64,000 nucleotides of DNA. It comes from the human T2T-CHM13v2.0 reference genome, Homo sapiens. Below are positions 43,393-58,710 of this stretch, piece by piece. Each line of letters begins with the position of its first letter. Within the stretch, counting starts at the first letter, position 1. The position numbers and the translations under genes are program-made. The stretch lies in the NCBI RefSeq assembly GCF_009914755.1, contig NC_060945.1. The stretch is one strand, 5' to 3'. The notes under the pieces are model-generated. The model saw nothing but the letters and a program-made list of their open reading frames with translations. It had not been told where the DNA came from and made no database searches.

Positions 43393-46082
43393 AAACCTGT
43401 ATGTTGTAATTTTAGCAGAAAATTAATTTCCCTGCATATCCAAGAGAGAAACAGATACTGCCTTTTTGTCCTATTTTTTCAGACATCACCTGTCTCTTCC
43501 AGACAAACAATTGCTGGAAGAGCTAAATATGTTTCTCATGATACTTACATGATATCTTCATATTATATCATTTGCAAAATTATGTTACTGTAAGGCTTCA
43601 GTGGAAAACAAAATTTCTTAGCATTTTTTCTTCAGCAATCAAACAAAGCAATTTTATTAAACAATGAAAAGAATCAATTAAAATGGATGTCTTTATTATC
43701 TTTATTATTTTACAAGAAACCATGACAGCTTTTGGTTTAAAAAAAGTTTATAGATTCATACAGAAATGACTCACATAAAAGAAATTTCTCCAGCTCGCTC
43801 CTACACTGTGACATAAAAGTTCTTTTCATATTCACAGATTTATACACCTTATTTCTGTTCCCACAACTTTTTTTGACACTTATACCAAGGTACTAGTCAA
43901 ACATGCAAGAACTATAAATAGATGAATTTTTCAAATGTATGATATCAAGAGATTATTATTATAAAACATTTTAGGCATCTTTTTACATTGCCTTTATCGA
44001 AGTATGTGCAATTTTTTATTACAGGCTGAATCCGCAAATAAAGAGTGAAATTTAAAGACAGTTGCAGAAATAACTATTTCCCATTTATTTTATTTATCTT
44101 GGCAATAAGGACTTCAGTAAAAGATGAAATTAGTTTAAGTAAACAGAAAAACAAAAGTAGATTATAGGTGTAAATGGAGCTCAGATTGAATCCAAAATAA
44201 TGAATGTATGTTTTTCCACTCCGTATTTTAGTTGATTATCCTCAAATATGCAATCTACTATGAAAACGTAATCCTTACATTTGTTGGAGATTTTAAATGA
44301 AGTATAAAATACAGAGAAAATTACCCATTATTTCTAAATTTTCAGTGAAATTCCTATATTAAAATAATATTTATTCCAAAGCATGATTTCTTTATCCTGA
44401 TAGTTTCAACTGATAACATACAAGGTAAAATCAATGCTGAAGCATATTTTAAATATAGAAGTATCTGAGGCTCTTTTCACAAAAAGATTCTTAGAATTTA
44501 ATGCTTTTCAAAAACCCAAGTTTTAAAATTCATGTTAGAGTTTAGTCTGCTCAAGCCAGACTACAAATGATTTTCTCATTTCCTTACCTATACTCCATTA
44601 TTCTTCCTACTTCACATCTTTTCCCTGTTCTTTCTGTCTGTCCCGATCTTACTTGACATTGATGGCCTAGGTCATTTTCCATTTTCTGTGTGGAGCATTC
44701 TCTATCACAATAGTGCAAAAAGAACTGACTCCTTATCTACTATTCTAATATCTACTATTATGGATTTATTACACTGCTGGCATATACTGATGGTATAATA
44801 AATCCAGAATATATGAAAATGTAAGTGCTCTGGGGGCAGAGACTATGTTTTATATATATTGTAAAAATCTAGAAAAAAAGCACTCATGTGGCAAATGAAA
44901 TTTTATGTGTTGGTCTCCTGTCTGGTAATCTATAACAGAGTTATCAGGAGTAAAAAGGAGTCTAGAGATCATGTCTCATTAGGGGCAGTAATATAGGATG
45001 AGGTCTGAATTTGGATGCAGGAACTTGGAGTTCTAGTCATCTTCCTTACTTACCTGCCTGGGACATCATTTCCCTTTCTAGGCTCTATTTCTTTCCCCTG
45101 TGAAATAAAAGGTTTGGTTTGGATGTGTGCTGTGTAAAGTGTAGTTCCTGGACCCATGGGCCATAGCTCAGACCTATTGGGTCAGAATGTCCCAAGGTAG
45201 AGCCCAGAAACCTGCCTTTCAACAAACCCTTCAGGCAGATGATTCTTACTAAAGTATGAGAAGCATTGATCTAGATAAAATTTCTTAAACCAGATTCCCC
45301 AGAGAGTTGCATGAAAGAACTCCATGGATTCTACAATTCACTGAAAATTGATCAGAAGCTCCAAGTGTGTATGCGTATTTGCATTTGTCTAGGGAAAGCA
45401 TTTTACCCTTATTTATCTACTCACATGGTCTGTGACCCCAATAACATATTCCCTAATCTAGGCAATCTAAATCCTTTACAGCCTCAGAATGCCATAGTCC
45501 CCTGTATTCTTCAGAGCACTTAGCATAGAGTTCAGTTGTAGACCACCAGGCTGTATGTAACCTGAGATATGGTTTTGTTTAGCTTGCTCAGTGTTTTTAC
45601 CAAATGTAGACATTTTAAAATCTGGGATTTTACATAAAATTCCAGATTTAAAATTTTCCTGAAAATTGTGCAAGACCGCATAACTTTTGATTTTCATTTC
45701 CAGTTGGTAGCAATTTTCCGGGGCTGATTAATAATCCGGTTAATACAGGGCATGCTCCATCCAGCTCCCAGCAGTCTTACCTATCCTAATTGTCCTCAAC
45801 TTCAAGCCAAGGGGAAATAGATAACTTATAATTGTGACTGTAGTGGAAATATTTGAAGAAAAAAATAAAAAATATTATTTTTCTATAATTATGTTTAAGT
45901 ACAAAATATCATTGTGCATTTGGTCTGCTTCCCTCATTCAATGAGTTAACTGTTCGGTCACATATTCAACATGTAACATAGAGCTTTCTTCATAGAAGGG
46001 ACTCAATAATGGTCATTTGAGAGCACTGTCGAAGTGAAATTTTGCCCAATTATGTTCTTGTTGTGCTGTCCAGAATTGGCGC

Positions 46083-46381
46083 TTTTTTTTTTTTTTGACA
46101 GGGTCTCACTCTGTTACCCAAGCTGGAGTGCAGTGGCATGATATGATCTCAGCTCACTGCAACCTCTGCCTCCCAGGTTCAAGCGATTCTCCTGCCTCAG
46201 CCTCCTGAGTAGCTGATACCACCGGCAGTCACCACCACAGCAGGCTAATTTTTGTATTTTTGGTAGAAATGGGGATTCACCATGTCGCCCAGGCTGGTCT
46301 TGAACACCTGAGCTCCAGTGATCTGCCTGCCTCAGCCTCCTGAAGTGCTGGGATTACAGGCGTGAACCACCGCTCCCAGCC
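46083..46381 (-). mobile_element. Alu (J/S), full length
   Basis: Poly-T then antisense Alu; TSD-like cagaatt(t)gg on both sides. Confidence 0.9.
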
Positions 46382-46409
46382 TCAGAATTTGGGCTTTTTA
46401 CCATCACAA

Positions 46410-47279
46410 GGGCACATGAGTTTCCTAAGGCTCCTCTAACAAAGTGCTACCAACTGGGTGGCTTAAAACAACAGAAATGTATTCTCTCACAATTTTTAAA
46501 AACCTGTTTGTTTTATTTTATTTTATTTTTATGAGACAGGGCCTGGCTCTGTCACCCAAGCTGTAGTGTAGTGCCACGATCATAGCTCACTGCAGTCTCA
46601 ACCTCCTGGGCTCAAGTGTCAAGTGATCCTCCTGCCTCAGCCTCTCGAGTAGCTAGGCCAACAAGCATGCACCACCACATCTGGATAATATATATATGTT
46701 TTGCTTTTTGTAAAAACGAAGTCTTCATATATATATATATATAATATATATATATAACTTTTTGTAAAAACAAGGTCTTCCTACATTGCCCAGGCTCGTT
46801 TCAAACTCCTGGGCTCTAGCAACCCTCCTGTCTTGGCCTCCCAAAGTGTTGGCATTATAAGCGTGGGCACCACACTTGGCCTCTCTCACAGTTCTAAAGG
46901 CCAGAAGTCTAAAATCAATATATAGGCAGAGTTGATTCCTTCTGGAGGCTTTGAGGGAAAATCTCTTTCATGCTCCTCTCCTAGCTTCTGCTGGCTGTCA
47001 ACAATCCTGATATTTTCGTTGGCTTCTAAACACATCACTTCAATCTCTGCCACTGGCAGAGATGGTGTTTTCCCTGTGTCTATGTCTTCTTTTTTGTCTT
47101 TTATAAGGATACTCAACATTGGATTTAGGGTCCACCCTACATCCAGGGTGATGTCATCTTGAGATCCTTAACTTAATTACATGTGTAAAGATGCTATTTC
47201 TGAATAAGGTCACATTCACAGATACGGGGGATTAGGACTTGTATCTGACTTTTGGGGGGTCATTCTTTAAATCACAACA
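46410..47279 (-). mobile_element. MaLR MLT1(C-like) LTR interrupted by AluJ
   Basis: 'ctgggtggcttaaaacaacagaaatgtattctctcaca' resumes at 46883 'tctctcacagttctaaaggccagaagtc...aaggtcacattc'. Confidence 0.8.
46510..46882 (-). mobile_element. AluJ with internal (TA)n and short duplication
   Basis: J-type 'gatcatagctcactgcag', 'ctcctgggctc'; TSD tctctcaca; 'ttttgtaaaaac..gtcttc' occurs twice. Confidence 0.85.
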
Positions 47280-47358
47280 CAAGGGTCTTGTAGTTTTTGA
47301 ACTATTGAAGCAATTTCTGCTACATTTTTCCGACTGCTTCTTTCTGTCTTCTGATTAG

Positions 47359-47558
47359 AGATACTATGTGGCAAGCTCTCGGCAAATCCGGAGGTTGACA
47401 GGAGGGTCCCGTTCTCCTGTCATTTCTCACTTTAGTGAGACTTTATCAGGAGTGTCCACCATCAGAGCATTTGGACATGAACAGAGGTTTATCCAGCAAT
47501 ACAAAGAGATGGTGAATGAAGACTTGGTCTGTTTCTACAATAATGTAATTTTCAACCT
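47359..47558 (+). pseudogene. ABCC13: Exon M (200 nt): RYYVASSRQIRRL...RSPVISHFSETLSGVSTIRAF
   Basis: gattag|AGA acceptor, CCT|gtaagt donor. Confidence 0.94.
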
Positions 47559-48283
47559 GTAAGTCCCGTTAATACCTAGCCTAGGATCAATCTCTTCTTA
47601 GACATCTTGCTCACTGACTTCTAAACAGACGGTTTTGAAATGGCATTTCATCCAAGTTTTAGAAGTATGTATTAATAAGACAAATATTTTCCAGTATTTA
47701 ATGTACATTTAAATTAAATTATATCTATTTATATTCACATGAAAGGCACATACTATTTAATATGAAAAAGGTGCTTTTAGAATTACTCATGACATAATTC
47801 TACATTGTGTTTTATATCTTTAGAATATATTTTATTTGTATACACTGTTTTGTAAAATTTTTGAATTTGAAGTTATAATCTCACATAAAGGAGAAAAATG
47901 AATTAAATAGAAGTTGAGCATGTTTCAATTTTTAAAGACTAATTTTATCATATTAAAAAGTATACACAATTGGAAAGGGAATTGATTTTCCAATAGGATT
48001 TAAAAAATGCAATACATCATTATAGCTGGTGTTATTTTGCTTCTAAATTCAGATCAAGTTTTAAAGCAAAGTTCTGCAAAAGTAAAATGCATTTTCATGC
48101 AGATGAATTCTTTAAGTTATCATGTGATGATCCCATGTTTGATTGAGTTCCAAGTAAGTTGGGGAGAAAAAAGAAAGCAGCTATTGCTGTTTATGTCTCA
48201 ATTTCCCAGAGGAGAGGGTTAGTACCAAATGCACCAAAACTTTTTCATCTCAGTTACTCAGGAATATATTCCATCTGTCACAG

Positions 48284-48410
48284 GTGGCTGTCTGTTAGAC
48301 TTGAATTTCTTGGCAACTTAATGGTGCTTTTTGCTGCACTGCTTGCTGTGCTGGCTGGCAATTCTATAGATTCAGCAATAGTTGGTTTGTCTGTATCCTA
48401 TGCCCTAAAT
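48284..48410 (+). pseudogene. ABCC13: Exon N (127 nt): WLSVRLEFLGNLMVLFAALLAV...VGLSVSYALN
   Basis: tcacag|G acceptor, AAT|gtaagt donor. Confidence 0.94.
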
Positions 48411-49770
48411 GTAAGTAATAATGACTTTTGTGGTATATGGTATGTTTATAATCCAATTAATTAAACACTCTTCTTCTTTGCTTGTCTGAATTATATATTA
48501 TATTAACTAAGTAATGAGAGACAAATCTGGATTGCCCTGGAGGCTCATTTCCTTCTCTATCTTGTTAGTAGCAGGAAGCTAGCTCAGCAATTCTAAGTTA
48601 ACTTATAGGAAGAATAGGCTAATACTCAAGGCTGAGTGCTGAAAGACCAGGAAACTCCTGCTATTCTGTAGTTACTCAGAAGTTTCCTGCTTTTCTGTCC
48701 TGGTGGATTTATAGAGTGTTACAAGGGTAGGGTCCCTCTCCAACACAGCTGGTGTATCTCATTTGCTCAGCCTAAGCAAGAAGATAATTCTCTAGGGAGA
48801 ATATATTTGCTGTTTCTCTTCGGCTTGTAAGTTTTTCCCTAATAAACCCTATTTGATATTACACTGCAATGCACTAGTGGTAGGATGCATGCCCCCTTTG
48901 TAAAATAGCAAATGCCCTAAACTGCTTCCACATTATGTAGAAGATAAGTCTAGGTGATTGTGTTATATACTCTTGGTCCCATATCCAAAAACCTTGAGCC
49001 AGTTGCATTTCAGAATTCAGAATTTAGGCTTCTAGAAAGGAAATATGTACATAGCCATATCCAGGGCCTGGTTCAGAAGCCCATAATCAAACACTACTGC
49101 ATGTACACCCTAACTGGATTAAGTAAATGCTTTGAAGAGCCCCATATCACTTCAAGTCAGGTGGTCTATCAAATGAGTTGGCACCAAACTCAAGAAAAAA
49201 ATTGCATTGTACAAGTTTTTTGACTTTTAGAATTCTGTTCAAAGTTACACCCTTAGAGAATCTACATTTGGGAATAGAGTGAGAAGAAAATATAGTTTTT
49301 TTTTTTAATAGGGGAGCAGGAATAGTTAGAAAGCTAGGAGAATCTTCCTTCTGATGGAAGGTAGTGAAGAATGCCAAAGTGTTTGCACACTATTTTTTTT
49401 CTCATTTAGGATGCACATTTTTTTGAGGCATATCCCATCAATCTTGGTATTCATCATTCCTTATACCCACTATGCACTTCTTGCATATATGCTGAATTAT
49501 GGTCTATCTTATCCCAAGTAATTCCATTATTTATGATATTAATGAGTTTGTATCCTTAAACACAAATATGCATATGAAGAAATATGCTTATTTCTAGAGC
49601 TGCTAAATAATAATCAAAAGATATAAAGTATATGAGACAGTATGTGACGAGCTCTCAGCAGATTCAAGAAATGAAAAGTGAAACTCTATAAAAAATAAAG
49701 TATTATTTATATTACATAAAAAACTAAAGAACATCCATTAAGCTCTTGTTTCCTCCCCCATACCCCCCAG

Positions 49771-49872
49771 ATAACTCATTCTCTGAATTTTTGGGTGAAG
49801 AAAGCATGTGAAATTGAAACCAATGCAGTTGCTGTTGAAAGAGTTTGTGAATATGAAAATATGGATAAAGAA
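49771..49872 (+). pseudogene. ABCC13: Exon O (102 nt): ITHSLNFWVKKACEIETNAVAVERVCEYENMDKE
   Basis: ccccccag|ATA acceptor, GAA|gtaagc donor; 'E.N.VAVER..EY' motif. Confidence 0.93.
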
Positions 49873-49880
49873 GTAAGCAC

Positions 49881-49985
49881 GCCTCCTGTAATCCCAGTAC
49901 TTTGGGAGTCATGGGAGGATCACTTAAGTTCAAGAGTTCAAGACCAGCCTGGTCAACATAGTGAGATTCTGTCTCTACAAAAATA

Positions 49986-50064
<79 letters not shown>

Positions 50065-50237
50065 CTGGGTATGGTGGCTTATGCCTTTAGTTCAAGCTAC
50101 TTGGGAGGGTGAAGTAGGAGAATCCCTTCTGCTTGGGAGTTCAAGGTTGCAGTGAGCTATGATCACGCCACTGCACTCTAGCTTGAGTGATAGAGCAAGA
50201 TCCTGTCTAATAAAAAAAAAAGTATGAGAAAAAAAAA
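49881..50237 (+). mobile_element. AluJ-like (slightly 5'-truncated) with (GAAA)n in the middle linker, inserted at +9 of an intron
   Basis: 'gtgagctatgatcacgccactgcactc'; (GAAA)n at ~49985-50062; TSD aaagaRgtaagcac. Confidence 0.9.
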
Positions 50238-52472
50238 GAGGTAAGCACTCCTAAATAATCAATAAATGGATTGGATGCAGGAGTAAGACATTGTAATGTA
50301 CCATAAATTGACATTAAAAAAAATGTTAAGCAAACCTGCATTTCCAAATTCATATGATATTCAGTGTTTCAATGAAATTAAAACCAAAATTGCTACAAAG
50401 TGGCCTATTATTTTATATATCATTAAAATAGAAATAAAAATACTTCTAATTAAATTAGGATACACCCTAAATTATAAGATATATCCCTACTTCAATGAGT
50501 TATAAAAATGCAAGATGTTATCTTGTTTCTAAAAGGCGCAGTGATTTGTCCTCTACTGATGTATAGAGTAAAAAATTCAACTTGCAATTATAACTTTGTG
50601 GGGATTTTACAGTGATAAAAGTGTCTTAATATAGTCAACTCATAATTATTTAGATTCTGCACAATTCTAAATTAATTACATTTTATTGCTTGTACCTTTT
50701 GTTCTATTTACTCATCATTAGTATCTCTGTGAATGGGAAGGGAGAGGAGAATAAATCAGTCTGTTTTGTTCCCTCTAACTGTAATTTGGGAGGGTGAAGA
50801 GTTATTTCAACTATTGACAGAGTATAATATTTAAGTTTCTAAAATATTTTACTCATCTGGATTACTTCTGCTTCCAATTCTATTAATTAACAGGGCAGAT
50901 AACAAAGATGACTTGAATTTCTGTTCCTTCTTCAATCCACCTAGGAAGCTATCTTTCTTTTTTATCTTGTAACTCTTCCTCTTTTGCTCATGAATCTGAG
51001 GAACAGGTACCTCCTCCAAAGAAAAATCTAACATTTCCCATTGCATCTTTGGTAATATTTCTTCCTGTCTTCTCTCAGATCTTACTCCATTAACCACCTC
51101 TTCTAATTCGCACTCCCTTGCAGTTCCTCTCAGCCTGTAACTAAGCCAAAATATTTTCTACATTCTCCAACTCCTACCTGAACTTTGAATTTTCCTCTGG
51201 ATTTTTCCCCAGGTCTTGTCTTTCCTTCTCAAAGAAATTTCATGAAAGATTAGTCTACCTTCACAATCTTCAGTTACCAATATTCAACTTGTTCAGTCTG
51301 TCATCTCATGGCTAATATCAAATATTATTTTTCTATATTTTCTAAATTTTTTATCATAAAATATATTTCTTTCACATTAGAAAAAGATGATAAAAATATG
51401 TGTGTACACACATTTAAACAAACAAAAATCTTTGTGTACTTTGACGCAAGTTGTGACAAATACTGCTACAAAAACTCTTGATGTGGAAGGATAAATGTGT
51501 TCAAATAACCTTATTCAGCCCTCTACACCTGTTTCTCTGCTTTCCATTACAGAAAAATTCTTTTGCAAAGTTGCCTGTACTTGCTTTTCTATTTCATTTT
51601 CTCTGATTCATTTCTGGACGCTCGCCAAATAGGCTTTTGATCCCACTATTGCACTGAAACTTGACTCATGAAAATCACAGCAGGTTCTTTCTCAGTCCTC
51701 ACTTTACCTGATCTATCATTTGATGTTAGCCGTCACTCTCTTTCCCATGAAACACTTTACCTCACTGCCCAGGCATCACACATTCTTGTGTGTTCTTTTA
51801 CCTCGTGCTTCCTCCAGTATTCACACAGGCCCCTGTCTTAGGTCTTGGGCACAACTAATTAGATCCAATTAGTCATTAAACCCTTTGCCTAGAATGTTCT
51901 TCCATTGGTATCCACCTAGCATTTTCTCTGACCACAGTCAGCAAAGCCTTTCCTAACTACCCTTCTTTAAATGACACCTCCTCCTTTTCCCAACCCTGGC
52001 TGTTTCTTGTCTTACAAAGCTTTATTATCATCCAGCATGGCTGCATATGTTATATGGTTCTTTTTGTCTGTCCCCACTACACCCCACAAGGGAAATAATT
52101 TTTATCTGTTTTTCTCACTGCGGAACCTCCAGCGACTAAAATAGTGACTGACACAGCAAACCTTTGAGGAATGAATGAATGACAAGCTGTCCTTATCTCA
52201 GCTAAAATTTCAAGTTATTTTTTCTTAATAACTTGATAAGAGATGAGAAGTCTTGCTACCTCAAAATATTTATTTCTAATATTTTCTTATAACTAGATAA
52301 GTTTCAGGTTGGTAACATTTAAAACTATTTTCAGAAAATCATAATATCCACAAATGTCTTTCATCATTTATATTCACTTTTGTTACCTGCATAAGAATTA
52401 TTTTGGGGGTAGGGATTTTTTAATTATAATTGTTGTTTAAAGTATTTATTTTTTGTTTGTTTTTGTTTTAAG

Positions 52473-52616
52473 TCACCTTGGATAATGTCTAGAAGACCTC
52501 CATTACAATGGCCCAATAAAGGTATAGTGGAATTTATTAATTATCAGGCTCGATACCAAGATGATCTTGGTTTAGCGTTGCAAGATATCACTTTCCAGAC
52601 TCATGGGGAAGAGAAG
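52473..52616 (+). pseudogene. ABCC13: Exon P (144 nt): SPWIMSRRPPLQWPNKGIVEFINYQARYQDDLGLALQDITFQTHGEEK
   Basis: ttttaag|TCA acceptor, AAG|gtatca donor; 'WP..G..EF..Y..RY' motif at NBD2 start. Confidence 0.92.
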
Positions 52617-53891
52617 GTATCATATATATTTCATATGTTTGGTTTCCCTTTTATCTGAATGCATTCATTGTTGAGTATAATATGATATTGAATATAAGGT
52701 GGTCTTTTGTTACACAAAAGTAATAAAGACATGTGGTTGGTGTGTACTGAATAAGTTTTCCCTCTATAAAAAATACATTTCTTAATTAAATTGCTCATAT
52801 ACTACTGTGAAACATAACTTTGGTGTACTTAGTTTTTACTTCCTCTATAAAATGAATTGCAACAATAAGTAAATCGTTACCCCAAACACAATAAATCCAT
52901 ATGTTTGACTATTTGTATACTCAAAGACATCATGTTTTCCAAAACCGTTAAAAAGATGGGAAAATGCTTGAAATGCACTTTAGTTAACACAAGCAACTTA
53001 CAAAACTGTCGATAGTATATGATATTAGTTTTATGTTTTAAAAAGCAAACAGAGACATTAGCAAAAATATTTTTGGAGCAGAAATATTTTTGGAACAGAC
53101 AAATCATTCTGAAATTTTCATTACCCCAATGAATTAAACAGATTTCTGTTTTTTCTGATGCATTTTGTTAGACTTAAGATTTTATATTAGGGTAAACCAA
53201 CCACTTTAATATTCTATCTGCCTAACATTCCTATTAATACCAAGACACAAATCAGCAACCAGAAGATATTGCTCTTTAGTTCTCATGGTCATAGGGAAAT
53301 GTTTAATCACTGGGATGTTTAGGACAAAATGATTATTTTGGCCAGGAGTCAAAATCCTTAAACACTATTTTTGGCTGCCCATAATAGTTTTAATGCAGAG
53401 TTCCTTTGATATACTAGGGAAATTTACAGATATTCCTTTGGATTTTCTAGTCTATCTGGCAAAAGATTCCAGTGCCCTATTTGTTTCTTTGCTTGTTTCA
53501 ATGAAGGGAAGACAGAGAAAATCTGTTTTCTGAAAATCTCAATAAAACCATTCATTATCATTGCTTCTTTTGCCCTAAACTTTAATGGGTAGTTCAGGGG
53601 TGGTTCAGGAATGATCTGTTTTTCCTGGGTCTGCTGGGGATCTTTGGTGAGGAAGCAACTAAATTACTCAGAGCTAAAGGAAAAACACAGATTAGTCAGA
53701 GCCTTTCCAGCAAGTAAAGAGTATTTGGATAAAGACTGGTCCTTAGAAGTCACCTGACATCTTCCACGCCCATCAAGGTTAGTCTTGCTGACAAAATTGG
53801 ATCCCACTGACCTGACACCTAATACATTTGTTGCCAGTGCAAAGGCCTTGTTTCCTTACAAAAAGTAGAGTTTGTGATTATTTCATTACAG

Positions 53892-54051
53892 ATTGGAATT
53901 GTGGGCAGGACTGGAGCAGGCAAATCCACACTATCAAATTGCTTATTTAGAAGTTGTGGAGAGAGCAGGAGGCGAAATTATTATTGACGGAATTGATGTA
54001 TCAACTATTGGACTTCATGACCTTCATGGCAAACTTAATATTATTCCACAG
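53892..54051 (+). pseudogene. ABCC13: Exon Q (160 nt): NBD2 Walker [13 protein letters not shown]; +1 frameshift ~53953, premature TGA 53985-53987
   Basis: ttacag|ATT acceptor, CAG|gtaaag donor; [29 protein letters not shown] reads only after a one-base shift. Confidence 0.93.
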
Positions 54052-54560
54052 GTAAAGCCTATGTTGCCATAGGCTTTCTTAACCCACTCCAAGTAAATCT
54101 GTTGTCTTTCTTTTTAAAAATCTGTTCCTTCCAAGTCTATAAATTCATTGTTTGAAGCCATATCATTTTAAATGGAATATATGAAAAACTGCTATGTAAT
54201 TGAATCCTCTTTAAACACCCTTATCATAAAGCATTCTTCCTAAGAGCATTTATCTATTTGAAAAACCAGTTCATCTTTTTGATAAAATTTCCTTCATAAT
54301 AGTAAGTGCAAATAAAATTCAAATAAATAGATCAGACTGAAACACATTGATTTTTTTTGAAGAAAATATTACTGAAGTTTTTGCTTAGTTGTTAGAGTGT
54401 AGAATTTTGACTCTTTTTCACTTGAAGTTTAGAAACATTAAAAAAAGAACAGTAATTCAGTTAGTTCTCTTTTCTCAAGTCCTTTGATTTTTCCATCTGT
54501 GGAATCAAAGGAACTTGATCATTAAGGGGCATGCAAACTAGCTTAAAAATATGCCTCTTA

Positions 54561-54882
<322 letters not shown>

Positions 54883-55528
54883 TCATTGTACTGTCTTCTA
54901 AAAATCTATTAAAATACTCATTTTAATATATTAAAATGTCATATTGTTTAGACGTATACTTGTATTCATGCATTTACTTCAAAACAAATTTGAGTAAAAT
55001 CTGGAATTCTGGAAGGGAAAAAAATTAGTGGAAAAAAAGAGACATCAGTTGTTCCTCTCTTATAGATAGAGTAAAATATAGTGTCACTAGGCATCTTGGT
55101 GTAGCATAAAGAAAATGAACTCAATCCTCTTCGAATTCTCTTCAACCACTAACTTACCTTCGTGTGGTGTAGACAAGAACTCTTTGGAACCTCCAGCTCA
55201 CTTTCTGTAAAATAAGAATACTAACTTCTATCTTTCTGAGTTGGTATACTGATTGATAATATATACATACTATATTTCATATTTATTATATGTTATATTA
55301 TATCCTTGACTACACGGCAGTAATTGTCATCATTATTTCAGTACTCATTATTATTTTCAATAATAGGAAGAGGAGAAAGAAAATCAGGAGACTTATGATG
55401 ACAATATGAATTTTAGTTTATTCTGACTCTCTTCTGTTTTTGTTGTAAATATAAAATGAATTTGATGACTGTATTAGGTCTGATAATTTTGCTTTCTCCT
55501 GCTTTGTTTTCTGAGTCTGATTTTTTAA

Positions 55529-55897
<369 letters not shown>

Positions 55898-56747
55898 TAA
55901 ATTGGTAGCTCTAGGCTGGGAAACCACTGACTAAGAGAAAGGAAAGAAAAAAAAAGAGCAATGCCCTATGAAAAGTCACTATTTAATTGAATCTTCTTTT
56001 GTCAAGACTACTACTCTAAAAGCCTTGTTCCTAAAAAATGTAAGGGGCTACTTTGCCTTCACCATTGTTTGTTGCCTTACGATAGCCCACTTCATGTGAT
56101 CAGAGACCCCAGAAAAGTGAGCTAGATCCCTGTAATGGCCTGCGTGGCAAGACTCCCACCACCCCTTCTTTGATCACTTTCTCCCTACCCCTCTGTGTTT
56201 CTGCGACATTGGCCTCCATGCTGTGTCATGAGTTTGCCAGGCCAATTCACGCCTACCACAGGGATTTTACATCTGCTATTTCCTTTACCTGGAACAAGTT
56301 TTTACTGGAAATCTGTAAGCCTCACTCTCCATGTCCTTCAGTTCTTGCCTTAAAATTCTCCAGAGGATTTCTTTGGCACACCCATCTAACATGCCCATCC
56401 CACATCTACACTTTATACCCCACTTCTGTGTGTTTGAATTCTTAACACTTATTATATACATATTATCCATGGAATTACTGCATATAATGTTGCACCGTAC
56501 TCATATACCCCTCCTACTATGCTTTTTACTCAATTATCTTGCTTATTGTTTTCTGTGTCCCCATGAGAATGTATCTGCTACACAGAGATTTTTGTCTGTT
56601 TTGCTCATTGGTCTAAAGTCTGGCACTCCCTCAAGAGATATTTTTTGAATAAAAGAACAAATGAAGTTGTGGGTCAGAAAAAGAATGAATAGCAGTATCA
56701 TCAGAATTTTAAGCCATGAAGTGTGTTACCATGAAGTCCATTGTTGA

Positions 56748-57260
<513 letters not shown>

Positions 57261-57393
57261 TCCTGAATTAACTAGCACCTATATTTTGTACTGAAATAAC
57301 TCATAGAATAGTTTAAACTTTATATTAGCAGGACCAATAAAATGTGAGGTGGAAGACTGTATGTTATCTGACACTATTCTTTTCACATTTCAG

Positions 57394-57544
57394 GGTGCAT
57401 GTTCTAGACTCAGGAAGCATTGTGGAATTCGAAGCGCCTCAGAATTTGATACGTCAGAAAGGACTTTTCTATGAAATGACAACGGATGCTGGAATAACAC
57501 AAGACTCAGTGACAAAAAAACAAATTACTTTAGCTGTATGTTAA
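57394..57544 (+). pseudogene. ABCC13: Terminal coding exon T: VHVLDSGSIVEFEAPQNLIRQKGLFYEM...LAVC*
   Basis: catttcag|G acceptor; TAA at 57542-57544; MRP C-terminal 'VLD.G.I.EF..P..L....G.FY.M'. Confidence 0.92.
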
Positions 57545-57631
57545 TTTGCCTAGTAAAAAAACACTACAGTGCATTAGTATTTAAAAAGCAAAGACAGAAG
57601 AGAAATGCACAAGGGCAGGCCGCTGCTATGA

Positions 57632-58018
<387 letters not shown>

Positions 58019-58403
58019 TAGATTTCCCTCTTCCGTTCGTGCTTACCTTGTTCACATTGGCCAAAATGCCAAATGCCACTTGTCCTTTAAGTCCCTGACT
58101 TCTCTTGGGAGTTCCCTTCTCAATGTGTCCCCCGATCTTCCCCTCTGCCCTCCAGTGTGATCTAGACGCCCCTTTTCTGTGCTTTCATTAGCCCCATGTG
58201 CATACCTTTATCATGGCAGGGCTCATACTCCATTTTAAAGTCTGCTTTCCCCTTGAAGGCAAGTGCCCAGTTTTAATCATCCTTGTATGTTATGTTCCTA
58301 GCATAGTTCCTTTCACATAACTGATGCCGAGCAAATGTTTGCAGAATGAATAGCTAGACATTTTAGAGTACTATAAGTACTTATTTATATATAAATGGAT
58401 GTG

Positions 58404-58710
58404 GGCTGGGCACTGTGGCACACACTCATAATCCCAGCATTTAGGGAGGCCGAGGTGAAAGTAAAGCTTGAAGCCAGGAACTTGAGACCAGCGTGGGCAA
58501 CAAAGCAAGATCCTGTCTCTACAAAAAGTAAGTAAATATAATGAAAAAAATGAGATGGGCATGATAGTGCATACCTGTAATCCCAGCTACTCAGGAGGCT
58601 GAGGTGGGAATATTGCTTGAGCCCAGGAGTTCAAGTTTGCAGTGAGGTATGATACACGATAGCACTCCAGCTTGGGTGACAGACACCCCATCTTTCAAAA
58701 AAAATGAAAA
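58404..58710 (+). mobile_element. AluJ, diverged
   Basis: 'gcttgagcccaggagttcaag', dimeric structure. Confidence 0.85.

Noticed and set aside
45613-45653. Near-perfect hairpin aaatctgggatttta-ca-taaaattccagattt
   Set aside because: Resembles an internal motif of old hAT-Tip100 (Arthur-like) relics; short and AT-rich, with no support for an RNA gene.
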